NCBI GenBank assembly: GCA_964106915.2
Contig: OZ066921.1
Origin: Podarcis gaigeae
Taxonomy: Eukaryota
Direction: 5' to 3' (one strand)
DNA length: 64,000 nt
The position numbers and the translations under genes were made by a program. The notes under the pieces are model-generated. The model was not told the origin of the DNA. It saw nothing but the letters and a program-made list of their open reading frames with translations, and did not search any database. Positions 14,501 to 27,200 of this stretch are shown one piece after another (the first letter of the stretch is position 1; every line of letters starts with the position of its first letter).

Positions 14501-17500
14501 AATATCCATTTTTGAGATACGGTAACCAGAACTGAAACCACTATTCCAAATGCAGAGGCTCTAAAGGTTTGTACAAGGCCACTTTAATATTGGCAGTTTT
14601 ATTTTCAGTTCCTTTCTTAACGATCCTGAATATGGAATACTCCATTGCAAACAAATGTTTTAATGGTCATAGCCATAATGTGCGCTCTTGAAATGCATGG
14701 ATTTAAAATAATGGGAAAGTGGTTAAATCATATGAATGGAGATTAAGCCAAATACAGGATTTGAGGTGGTAGTGTGGAAGCCAAGCGATACCCAGCTGTT
14801 ATTAACCTGCAATGGGTACACCCCAAACACAATGACGGCTTCTAGTAAAACTAGCCCCTGGCAACCACAAAGGTTAAGCTGGCAAGCAGGCAGGCATGGT
14901 GTCTTTTGAACAGGTTCTGCCTTGCCCTTATGATCTGACATTCAATCCCTGATTGATCTTCTGATTTCTATGAGACTCTTATGAACTCACTTCCATCCCT
15001 GCACTTGAAAGACTATGGACAAGCTTGATGGTGCAGCTCCCACATCTCCTGCCCTGCATCCCATAATTTCTAGCTATCCAAACTGTGCAGTAGAATACCT
15101 CCATGCTGCATGTCTATCCACACACACACACACAATGTCCCTTACTGGCCACCATTTATGATGGTGGGGAAACTTGCGACGCAACAATGGAATGTCTCAC
15201 TTTCCTCTTATGTGCCTTGGGCAAGGGAAGGTGGTGTAGGGATGTCACTCAGAGCATAAGCAGGACATCCCAGCAAATCTAGTTTTGAATTAAGAGCAAA
15301 TTCAAACATCCAAAGGGAAATTTCTTCACTGGCTTCATGATGAGGACTCAGTGCAGAGGGTTCTCTGCATAGGCATTTTAGAGGTTGTCGTGGGCATGGC
15401 AAGTCACTGTTGCCATAGTCAGCAGGAATTGAGGCTTTCGGGAGGATAAGGACCTGTTTGCATGCATCTCACCAGGGATGCTTTTCCAAGAAATGATTAC
15501 CTGTCAAGTCAACACCCCCAGTCAATGGGATCACGTAAGGTGAGCATGCAAAAATGAAGAAAGAAAAAGAAAAGATATTTAATATCCCACCAATTTCCCT
15601 CCAAAGAGCTCAAGGTAGCCTCCATAGTTCTCACCACTAATTTTATCTTTACAGTCACCCTGAGCAGTAGGCTGGCCCGAGAGCTATAGTGACTGACCCC
15701 AAGGCCAGTTTCATGGCTGACTGAGAATTTGAATCTGGATCTTCTCAGTCCTAATCCCGCACTCTAACCCAGCCTCTGCCAACTTGGGTGTCCTCCAGGT
15801 GTTTTGGACTACAACTCCTATTAGCCCCATGGCTGTGCTGGCTGGGGCTGATGGGAGTTGTAGAAGAAACATCTGGAGGGCCCATGGCTGGGAAGACTGC
15901 CCTTGCCCCTACTATGATGCCACCTGATACATGAAGCATTGGCCCACAGGGTTGTCTGCTCTCACTGGCAACAGGATTTTCATGGTCTTAGGCAAAGATG
16001 CCCCCAAGTGCCAGAGGCTGGGCCTGGGGTCTTTCACCAGCTTCAGCCCCTGCCCAAGGTCCACTAAAAGAAAAAAACAAAACACCAAACCAGGCATGTG
16101 TACAGCACCAAGCTTGGCATCTGTCCTGTATTGTGCCATGTTGCATGTTTAACATGTAGCTCAACCACTTGTCAAGCTGCCACAAGTATCACAAACTTGA
16201 TTCACGGCCGTGGCATCACCACGACTGCACAGGTAGCACAATCTGCCCACAGGAGCCCAGGAAGGCATTGCGCTCCACTGCCAAAACAGAGGCGGCACAC
16301 AAGGATTTAATCTGGTGACTCAGTATAGGCCTCTCACTTTTGCAATGTGTCCACTCTAACCCACCTTCTCTAATCACACCACGCATTTGAAGCACCTTAA
16401 TACCACTCTGAACAGTCATTACTTCCCCCAAAGAACTCTGGGAGTTATAGTTTGTTAAAGGTGCTGAGAGTTGTTAGGGGAGCATCGTTAGAGCTATAAA
16501 ATCCTATTAAAAAGTGGTTTAACAGTCAATTCCTCTTCAAAGGGAACTTGGGACATGGTAGCTCTGTGAGAGGAACAACTCTCCGCACCCATAGCCGATG
16601 GCAGTTCCCAGAATTACTTGGGGGAAGTCACTGACTATTTGCAGTGCTTTAAATGTATGGTGTGAAGGTGACCTCAGTGGGTGAGCTCTGCTTCTTGCCC
16701 AGGGTCTCCTCACCTGATCCTTCCCCTGGGTTGGGACAAGTGAGGGTCAGTTATTCCACCGCACAGCCTGGCCTTGGAAGAGGAAGAGCGTTTAGTATAT
16801 GGTAGCCTCGATCATGAACTTTGAGCACTCTCTGCAAGCAAGGAAGGAAGGCTCCACAGGAGCAGCGTGAAGTTATCTGCTCTGGCCAAGGCCCAGCACC
16901 TACATGAAGGCAAGAGGCCTCCCCTCAGCAATGGCCGGTGTCCCATTACACCCTACTGCTGAACCTATATAGACAATGTGGAACCACCTGGGAATGGCAT
17001 TGAGCAGCAAGCAGCTGCTGCACCAGGAGGCTGTCAGGGGAAAGCACCACATCTTGGCCACCACTGCCCGGGAAGAGGAACGAGCAAACGAGTTTGCACA
17101 TTTCCATTTTTGATGTGCACTGCCTTGCCTTGTCAAGTTAGCTGGACCCCCCTGGACCCTATTCAGCCTGGCGGTTTCCACATGCAAGGCTGCCTTTGAA
17201 TGAACTGAAATGGTGCATCCTACCAAGCTCAACCAGGATGGCGGGGAGGGGGAGGGAGAGTGTTTTGCATGCGCGGTGCATCTTTCCACTAAGCAAGCCT
17301 CCAGCAGGCAGCTTCTCTCTCTCTCTCCCTCTCTTTTGTGCGAGCGAAAGAATGAAACTGGAAGGGTGTAAGAAAAGCAATATCCTGCAGGAACACAAAT
17401 GCCTAACGTTGCCACGGCAACAGGCCAGGTGCCAGAAAGGCGCATCAGCTGGGTCCCATCATCTGAGAGCAGCAGAAGCAGAAGCAGCCGAGGCAGCAGC

Positions 17501-18247
17501 TCTTTAAGCTCCCATTATTGGACATGAAAGGGCTGAGGCCACAGAGGCCCTTCCCCTCCCCCACGGACAAGGCAGAGCGTGGGGGGGGGCTTCCTGGTGG
17601 GGGAAGGGGTGCAGCCCAGAAGCACAGCCACCACCACCCCTAGCATTAAGAGCCACCAGATCAGCTGGCAGAGATTATTTTTTAAAATGGGAAGGTGAGA
17701 TTACTTTTTTAGGATTTAGGCTCAAAGAAAGAAAAGCCCTAGATAAAACCGGCAGCGAGAGATGCTCCTATTCTCCGAAGGTGGGGAAAAATAATAGCAT
17801 GCATCCGTGCAAATATTAATCTGGTTTGCACAGGTCGCAGCAGCTTTTGCCCAAGTTCTACGTAATCTGGAAATCTGTTTTTATTTCTTCTCAGATGCTG
17901 GATCTGGTCAGATGTGCCTTATGGAAAAGATGAGAGCAGAGACACACCAAAGGGGGAGGGTGGAAGGAGGAGCAGCCTTATTGGGAATGGCAAAGAATGC
18001 GTGTGTATCACAGCATAAAGCTGAGCTTTTTTTGACATGTTTTCATGCATTTGTCCATAACCACAACGATTAGGAAACAGCACTGCAAGGAGGTCTTGGG
18101 ATTTTGCATCTAATATGTTTACTACCACTGCGGACTGGCTGAGAGTGACGGAAAGTGGAAAAAACACAGCTCAGCCTTCCACATGACACTAGCTTTGCTG
18201 AGTGGAGAGCAAAAGCATTTCAAGGAGACGTTTTCTAGTAATGAAAA

Positions 18248-18296
<49 letters not shown>

Positions 18297-21200
18297 ACTG
18301 CCTTCCCCCAATGCATGTCTACGAGACTTCCTCTGCTAACCAGATCTAGGTCAAGTTAATGTGCCTCATGTTGCAGTTGAACCAATCTGATGTTCGCTCC
18401 ACTGGCTCATGTGCAAGCTGCCCCAGTCTTGCTGAAGAGGCAGTGCATGAAAGCACACAACACACACTCCTCCTCCCAAGGCTCGAATACTCAGGAGTGC
18501 CAGGCCTCAGCACCTTGGGAGTGCATCCTGCTGCCTCTTTAAGGATGGGAACACAAAATGCCACCATGGCTGGAAAGTGGTCTGTGGGGAATGACATATC
18601 TGTCCCAGGATCACCAGTGCAGGAACTTGTACTGGGTGTTGGATTCAGCTCCCTGAAAATCTCTCATACCCACTGCTGCAAAAGGGGGCAATGCTGGGTC
18701 TGGGCTTTGAGGCAGAATTCCTGTAGCCTCCAGGGCTTCAGCACCCTGTGCCTGCCCTGGTCCTTCCGCACCCCTAGCATCAGAGCTACACGATACAGGT
18801 GCATTACGAGCACTGCGTAAATGGGTCACCTCTTTCCATAAAATGAAGGCAGCTTTGCAGTACGTGCACATAGCTTATGTAGGGGCAGTGTGAATGCCAT
18901 TATTCAGGAGATAACTTTGCCACAACATCAAAAAGAGAACCTCAGGGCTTGATATTGGTCTTCTGAGATCCCAGGAACACCATTTCACACAGAATCTACA
19001 CACAGCAATTATTTAGCACTAGTCATTGGTGCTCTTGAATCCTCTTGCAACCTACTTTTGTGCAAAGCTATCCTCTGCTGCTCACTAACAAAGGGCTCTT
19101 TCTCTCTCTCACACACACATACAAGTCCAAAAGTCAGCATCCTGAGCAGAAACATCTGCCTGACACTGCTGTCACATCCCATCCACTTGTCCCACCGCCA
19201 CCACTGGTGGGCAGGTTTCTGGTTACCAAAGGAGTCACCCTGAGCTCTCTGCCTTGCTTGCTTTGCCTCTCTGCTCCCTTCTGAAGAGGCGCGAGGTCAA
19301 GGGAGCAGAGCTGGCAAAGATAACTGGAGCTAAAGGAAATGAAGCTGGCCTCTGGCAGACCTCCAGCGCTCAGGCAGACGTGACACATTCGACAGCAACT
19401 GAGAAGCATCTTCCCTTCACGAAAAAGGAGCTGCTGCTGCTGCTGCTTCCCCCTCACTTCCAACCATTCGCAGAGAACAGTATCTCAAAGGATAGAGGCC
19501 TCCTTATACTTGGGATAGGCAGGGTGATGATGCAACTTGTGAGTTAGCCCCAACCACAGAAAAGCCAGTGGAGGAAGCTCCAGATCCTCCTTGAGAAAGA
19601 ATGGGAAAAGGTACTGCTGCTGCCCCAATCCGCTGCCACGTGGCTCAGTTCCCAAACTATTAGCATGTCTATTTATTTCAGTATTTATAGGCACATAAAA
19701 ACATGGCAATAAAATCAGCAGAAACATCAACAGAATCAATAAATACTGGCTAGCAAAAAAAGAAAAGAAAAAAGAGTTCAAGTTTCAAAAACCTGTCTAA
19801 ATAACAGTGTTTTCAGAAGATGATTACAAGAGGGCAGGGATTGTTTTTGCCGAGCCCTCTATTGGCAGTGAGTTCCACAAGCCAGCCAAGCCCACCAGAA
19901 ACACCCCATTACAGGATCTCAGTGACGGAGGTGGAGAGCAACAGACCAGGCAAGTCCTTGAGTTACTTCTGGTCCAGGTTGTTTACGGCTAACACAAGAA
20001 CCCTGAATCAGCAACCAGTGCAGCTCTCTCAGTGCCGAGTAACATGCTGCCAGTAAATCTGCTCTTGTGGGCAGCTTTGCCGCCTCATTCTGGGCAACCC
20101 AGCCGGATGGGCGGGGTAGAAATAATAAAATTATTATTATTCTGCACTAGTTGCAGCTTCCAGACCAGCTACAAGGCAGCCCCACACAATGTGTGTTACA
20201 GCGATCAAGTCCCGAGGTTAGCAATGCATGGGCCATTGTGGCGAGGCCATCCTGGCCACAGAAATCACCTGGGCATCTAGGTGACAAACACGGACTGAGG
20301 AATGTCCTCCAGCTTAATGTTCAGATCAACTGCCCCTGGGCTGATAGATGAATCAGTGGAACACAACCTGCCAAGTGCAAATAGGACCGGGCTGCTAGAA
20401 ACTCTTCCGCACAGGTTTCTGAATAGCAGAGGACCCGGCAACAGAAAATGCAGAGGCTGCTGCAGACTCTGAGGCCACCTAGTGGCCAGTGCCTGACAGA
20501 ACACTTGATGCTCCCAGCTGTAGGGCAATCAAGGAGCCCAAGCTGCTCAGCCCCACTGGGAAGGGGCTCATAGGAAGGCGGCCTGGGCCCTGAATGCAAC
20601 TCCCCTTCTGCAAGGGCAGGCGGTGAGCTCTCTCTTTCTCCCTGTCGCCTCAAAGGGCTCCTCAAATTAATTTTCTTTTTGTACAACCATCAGAGAAAGA
20701 AGAAACCTGGTCAAGAACAAGATCTTCCCTATTTGGCAGACCCCCACCCCAAAAAAGAGTGCAATGTGAAGACTAAGCTTGATCCCTCTTCCCCATTTCC
20801 AAGAGAAACCAATCAATCTTCCAGTGACAACTTAACTAGCCCCCTTTTCAATGGGGGAAAGGGATGGTGAACTTTGCCCCTTGGTCTCTGAACCAGAAAA
20901 TTTCACAGTCCCCATCCTGCTTCTGTTCAATCTGGAACTGACATTGCCAGAAAGCAGGAAAGTCCCTCCCTTCTCCCCACACTTATTTAAGCTATTGTGG
21001 CTTAACACAAATGCCAGCAAGGCCCCAAAGCAGCAGCAACAGCAGCCACCATTAGCAGCCACAATCCACTGGGGAATTTATCCCATGCAAGCCCCACTGA
21101 AACAAAATGGGATACGCCCAGAAGCGCCAACACCATTCTCAATGAGCCATCCACCACAACCCCAAGATCTTCCCGATTAGTCCCCTCTAGTTCAGACCAT

Positions 21201-24200
21201 ATAGGAGAGGTTAGGAATTTTGATGACCCAACGTGCACCTTTTATTAATTTGATATTTTCTAAAGTCGAATTCATAACCTCTGACTACCCGAATGTTTTC
21301 CCTGAGTCTAGAGTGTACACAAACTAAAAGGAGGGGTGGCAGAGGAGCTTGCCTCTCCCATGGCACCAGCTCACACATCGGAATAAGTTGCCTGCCTCAC
21401 CCCAGGGCTGCCCAGTCCCTAAAAGTGCTCTCCCACACCCACATTGTCCCTGAAGGCTGCCACATTCGCCTGCAAATCCGCTGCCCTGCAAATGAAACGG
21501 TGACTCCAGGACTACAGCGAGAACAAGGGGAAGGGAGCACATCTGAGGTCACGTCAAGCTCACCCTCCTTGTTCTTTGTAACACACCAAAGTCCCAAATT
21601 TCAGCCTTGGCAAGCTGGGAGCTGGGAAACCGGGGGAACTGCGGGCCGAAATCCAACCAAGCACAAATAAAAGCATAAACGGATAAAGGCAGCCATTCAC
21701 TTTGGCACAAGCTTTTGTTAAGCTTCATTGTACTTGGGATCTGCATCACATGGAGAAAAGCCCCATGGGACTCAGTGTGAAAAAGCCCATTCCGCAGGAA
21801 AGGCTGGGGCAAGAGGGCTTGCAGCTCTGGGCGATAACAGAGCAAGGAAGGGGAGTGCAGGAAAGCCCCTCCCTCAGGAAAGCCCTGTGGCAGAGTGGGA
21901 CACAGGAAAGTGGGGGAGAGCGTGAAGGTCTTCAGAAGCATTTGCAATTTGTCTCCCCACCACCCTAAATAGTTTCAGGACAACCACATGGATGTCTCAG
22001 TACCCTGAGCAAATGCCAGTCTCTTCCCTGCCAAACGTCTCAGTGAGTGCCCCCCCCAAAACAAGCACCTCTCCTTCCTTCCTTCCTTCCTTCCTTCCTT
22101 CCTTCCTTCCTTCCACTCACCCAGTGGCACCAGGGCCATGGGCTCGCTGTTCCCATGGGATCCCACATTGTGGGTACGGAGCTCAGCCTCACAGTGGTCT
22201 CAAGGATGTTCCCAGGCATCTTGACTCTGAAATCTCTGGCTTGCTGGGCAAGTAAGACACAGTGTGCCCTTGCATCAATCAATCAATCAACCAACCAACA
22301 GGTGGGACTCCTGCCAGTCAAGCATCGTAGTGCCTTATTTTCTGCCCAACCTCTAATCTGATCAATCCACCCAAGGTACAACTTGATCTGGTTTACTATT
22401 GGAGAACAGTCCATGCCCAAGACAATGCAATCCCCTGACAAACACATCCTAGGTACCTGAACACCCATTAGCATCCATTGAGGTTAGGATCCTCCATGCA
22501 AAACATGCACCTCCATGCAAAGTATGCAGCTGGAACCCCTTCTTGCGCATCATGCATTTTGGCTCTCAATATGCCCAGTGGGAAAGCTCAGATCCAACTA
22601 GTACTCCAGCTCCCCTTTGTTGCAGGGGGAAACCCTTCCTTGAGTAGCCAGAAAAAAAAATCTGCTTCTAAATGTTAGTGGTCTATTCAAGCCCATTCAA
22701 TTCAATTCAAGCCCATTCCAGCTTTGTCTGCTCAAGGCTGGCTTTTGGGCAACCTCAGTTGTTCCACTCCTTGTCAGTGTTGCCCCCCTTTCTACTTGCC
22801 TTTCCTCCCTCCTGTCTTTTTAAATCTGCTTAGGGAGGGCTCCAGGAGAGGCACAAAACACACAGACATCTTTCACAGCAATACAGATGCAATACAGAGC
22901 TCAAGAAAACCTTCAGGGGCTCAGCCTACCACCACTCTCCCAAACTACCTTTTCTCCGGTTGTTTGCTGGCAGCAATACATATTATCAATGAAGAGGCAG
23001 AGGTTCAGGCAGCTTAAGTAACTCCAGGGGTCCAAGTGCCAAGACAAACTCCTGATTAACTGCAACCCACCCACCCAGCCGAAGAAGAATCACTCCCCAT
23101 CTGGGAATAGGTTATATCTGAGCTTTTCTCTCACACAGGTACTGATGCTGCTTTGCAGAGATGTGTGTTTGCATCCTTCTTTCCCCTCCAATGCAATTCA
23201 ACTCCACACCTGTCTACCTGGCTCCAGCAAATCTTTACTGTCTATATTTGCTATTAGATCCCTCACATCTGTACTGTGTCCTCGATTTAACTTCCAGGCT
23301 GCCAGTCCAAACCAAATACTATGTAAATAATCATGGCCTCTATTTGTAATAAACAGCGTATTTCCAAACTTTGATCTGCTATCTAGTTGCTCATTCCTTT
23401 CAGTGTAATTTGCATCATGGTATGTGACTCCAAGATGCATGTACTTCCCAAATTGTGGACAAGGACACATGGCACCAACTTCTAACAAAGGATGCCCTGG
23501 ACCACAATGATCGCTTACTAAGGACCTGCGTGCAGGGCCTCTGCTGCGAAGTGTATCCAGCTTCATATATCTTCAGTATCCCAACAATATCTCAGCCTCT
23601 TTGCAACAAAGAAAGTAGCAGAGAGGTCAAAGCTAGATGATAGAAAGGGCCTCATCCTGGCGCAAGATCCACCAAGTGGGAATACTTCAGCAGGCAGCTC
23701 CCTTCTTGTGAAAGTGAAGCTGAACTTGCCATGGATTTTTATTCTAGGAGATCGCAGAAAACATTCCTAAGAACCATCCCCTCCGAGTCATGAGGCAGAG
23801 TCAAATTAGAAGCTTCACCAGAGACAGCAGCCTCTCAGCTTCCAGGCAAATGCGACTAGTACAATTGCTTCCATTATTCAACAGCTCAAACTGCCATGGC
23901 CTCCAAGGGAAGTTCCACGCTGAGAATCTGTGGCAGAGGAAGGGAAACTCTGAAAGCCACTTCTTTCAATCCCCTCTTAACATGTGGGTGGTTTGACAGT
24001 GCTTCACTCTGTTTACAACCTAACCCACTAAATAGAGCTGCCCAAGAGCATCAGTGCTGAGGAGACAATGAATTTGATGAACTTTTCACCTGTGGTCTGA
24101 GTAGCCTACTAGCCACTTTTACTCTCTCAGTACACAGGTTGTTTTTATATATATATAAAAAACACAAATAAAATAAATGGAGTTAAATGTTTCCAGTGCA

Positions 24201-27200
24201 GGATTTATGCTCACCTCGTCAGACTCATCAGATAAGGTCTTTAACAAGATGGGAAACAGGCTGTCTGTATGCCGGAACATCTGAAAGGCAAAAGAAGTCC
24301 ATAACAGTCACAGAGGTCACTGTGTCTGGTGCTCTGGCAGAGGCTGCCACCACAACAGCAAAGGCTGCCTCCAGGTTTAAGAGCATCCCAGTCCTTGTGC
24401 TGGAAAGATGCCCTCCTTTCCTGCAAGCTTACCAAACAAACTCTGCAGCTGAGGCCAGAGTCACCAACTAGAGGAAGGGCTTCTTCCTTTGAAAAGTATT
24501 CTATTGCTTTTTGATATATTGAACTAGTTTGCACGTAACACTCAGCCAAACTGTGTTTTAACATGAACACGCAGAGAGGAGACAAACCATGCAGCCAAGG
24601 CTTTTTTTGATTTACAGCTCATGGTTTGTCTGCAGTGAGACAAACTACAGGCCCCAGGTTCAGAACTCTTTCCATGCCAAACCACAGCTTAAGTCAGGGC
24701 AGCGCAGCAGCACTGGAGGGAGAGAAAATCAGCTGTGATCTCCTCTCCGGGAGCCTGTGTGTTCACACTGAAGCATGGCTTGGCTTCTCATAACCTTAGC
24801 ACTTTCAGCAGACTCTATGTAAAGCAAGAAACAATTTGGGCTTCCATCCGTTACAAGCAGCTTTATTACCAAGCCAATCAACACCAAAGTGTGTGGGAGG
24901 GGGAAGCAGAAAGCTGGAGGAGAAAAGGAAGAAAACTTCTGCCATTGAATGTTCCAAAAAGAGCTCCCAAATTTCTCTGACTCAATAACTGTGGCTCACT
25001 TAATAAAAAAAAAATAGTTCCTTCTGGGCTGAAAAAGCACATGTATCAGGAGTGCAATGCTATACAGTGGTACCTCAGTTTTCGAACAGCTTAGTTCCCA
25101 AACAACTTGGAACTTGAACACTGCAAACGCAGAAGTCAATGTTCTGGTTTGCAAACTTTGCTTCAGAAGCTGAACGTGGTCCTGAGCTTCCATTTTCACT
25201 GTTGCACTGCTAATTTGCGGGGGGGGGGGGGCATTGTAATCAAAGCCTTTTCCCTCCCGTTTTCACTGTTGCGCTGCTAATTTGTGCCCCCCCCATTGTA
25301 ATCAAAGCCTTCCATTTCTGACTGCAGTGTTCTGTGGTGATATTTGGAGCTTGTATTTGGTGCTTTTGTTTTTGCTATTTTTTGCATTTTTGTTTGTGTG
25401 GCTTTTTTGTTTTGTGACTGTGGCTTGTTCTTTGTTTTATGATTGATTGATTGATTGATTGTGTGACTGCAGAAATGGATAAAAGCCCCCATCTAAACAA
25501 TGACTATCACCAGTGCAGGTAATTTTAATTTTTATCATCTACTATACTGTCTTATTTATTTTATAGTACTGTACAGTACATTTATTGATTTCATTTTATG
25601 GCTCAATGGTCTCATTGGATAATAAAATTCATGTTAAATTACTGTTTTAGGGGTTGTTTTTTAAAGTCTGGAACAGATTAATCAGTTTTGCATTACTTTC
25701 TATGGGAAAGCACGTCTTGGTTTTGGAACGCTTTGGTTTTGGAACAGACTTCTGGAACAGATTAAGTTTGAGAACCAAGGTACCAATGTATTCTTAAGAG
25801 GCAAGCTTGCTTTCCAAAGCTTTAAAAATAGCATTTGCTCTTCAAGGAAGAGTCAGGAGGAAAACAAACTCTAATGTGGGCCAATGGCCATGCTGCAGGC
25901 CTGATCTGATCAATGAGCAGACTTGCCTTGCGAGGCGTCTTGATATACAAGTGGTACAGCCACTTCAGGACTGCTATCCGTGTCATCATCCCAATGGTTG
26001 AATCGTGAAGGTGACAGTCCAATACTTGGACAATTCCATCGAGGTTCAGGGTCACCTGGATTCTCTCAGTGCTGAAGGTAAAAGGAGACAGAAGTAAGAT
26101 CAGGCGGGAGCATGGTTTCATTCATTCACTCAATGAATTCCTATACCGCCCTTCAACATAAATAACCTCAGGGCAACTTGTACCATTTGGTTTCCCCATT
26201 GTCAATGGCATTTGCTGAATGACTTCTTCTCAATACTGCCTATATTGAGTCCATATAAAAGCAGCACACAGAAAATCACAATGCAACAGGCTCCTTGGTT
26301 CATCATTTCACCTCAATAAACACTTCCCATATACACAGCTTTCACCTTGCAAAGAGACAAAGTTTCTCTCCCATAAATCACTAAAATATTGCTCCTTTGC
26401 TTGCTTTCCTTAGCTGCCAACTGAATGAAAGCAAAGTCCATTTTTTTCCCATTTTGCTTCCACCATTCCATTTTGTATGCTTAAGAACAAACCCTTAAAA
26501 ATCTGCGGTGACTAAAGCAACTGCCGTTGACTGAATACCAGCTGGTGGATCTGTGTGGCTGCATGTTGCTGAAAAAAATTATTCTCTTTGGCTTTCGGAA
26601 GAAGGGAAGCAATATATTGACATTCCATCCCATTATGAAAGATACACACATAACCAAGAGGATGTAACTTATTTCCTCCCTGCTCCTGGTATTGCCCTGC
26701 ATGCTGCAAACCCCCTTCTGTGATTTGTTTTGTTACTAATAATAGCTTGTGCTTATTCATTTGGTCCCAAGGGCACGTGATGTAGCCACTTTGCAAAAGC
26801 CACACAGGTTTGCGTCTTGTCAGTGCACGGATGTGCAGGCCACTTGGAAGCGCCATGTGCATAGTCTTGTGCTCCACAACGGAAGAACAGTGGGATGTCA
26901 ATATATTACTCCAATTCCAAGGAAGTACAAAGGCTCCTGCTACTCCCAAGGGCAGATCACGTCTCCCTTCCAAGCAGATCTGGAAGGAAGGGAAGAAAAT
27001 TGGTAGCCTCACAGTTAGCAACCAATTCAGTTCCATACAGAGAATGGCTGGAAGGAATGCATGCTGCCCCTTTTAGGAGGTATTAGGAGGCATGCGTGGA
27101 ACAGAGAAAAAAGCAGGTTTATATTACATCTACAAAACATTTTTTTTATATTTTTAAAAAGTCACAGCGGATATTATGCAATCTCATTTCAATATTCCAG

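Noticed and set aside
13799-14509. 236-aa minus-strand ORF as a nested gene
   Set aside because: It overlaps VAC14 exon 13 in a different frame, starts inside a CR1 fragment, and has no recognisable protein features.
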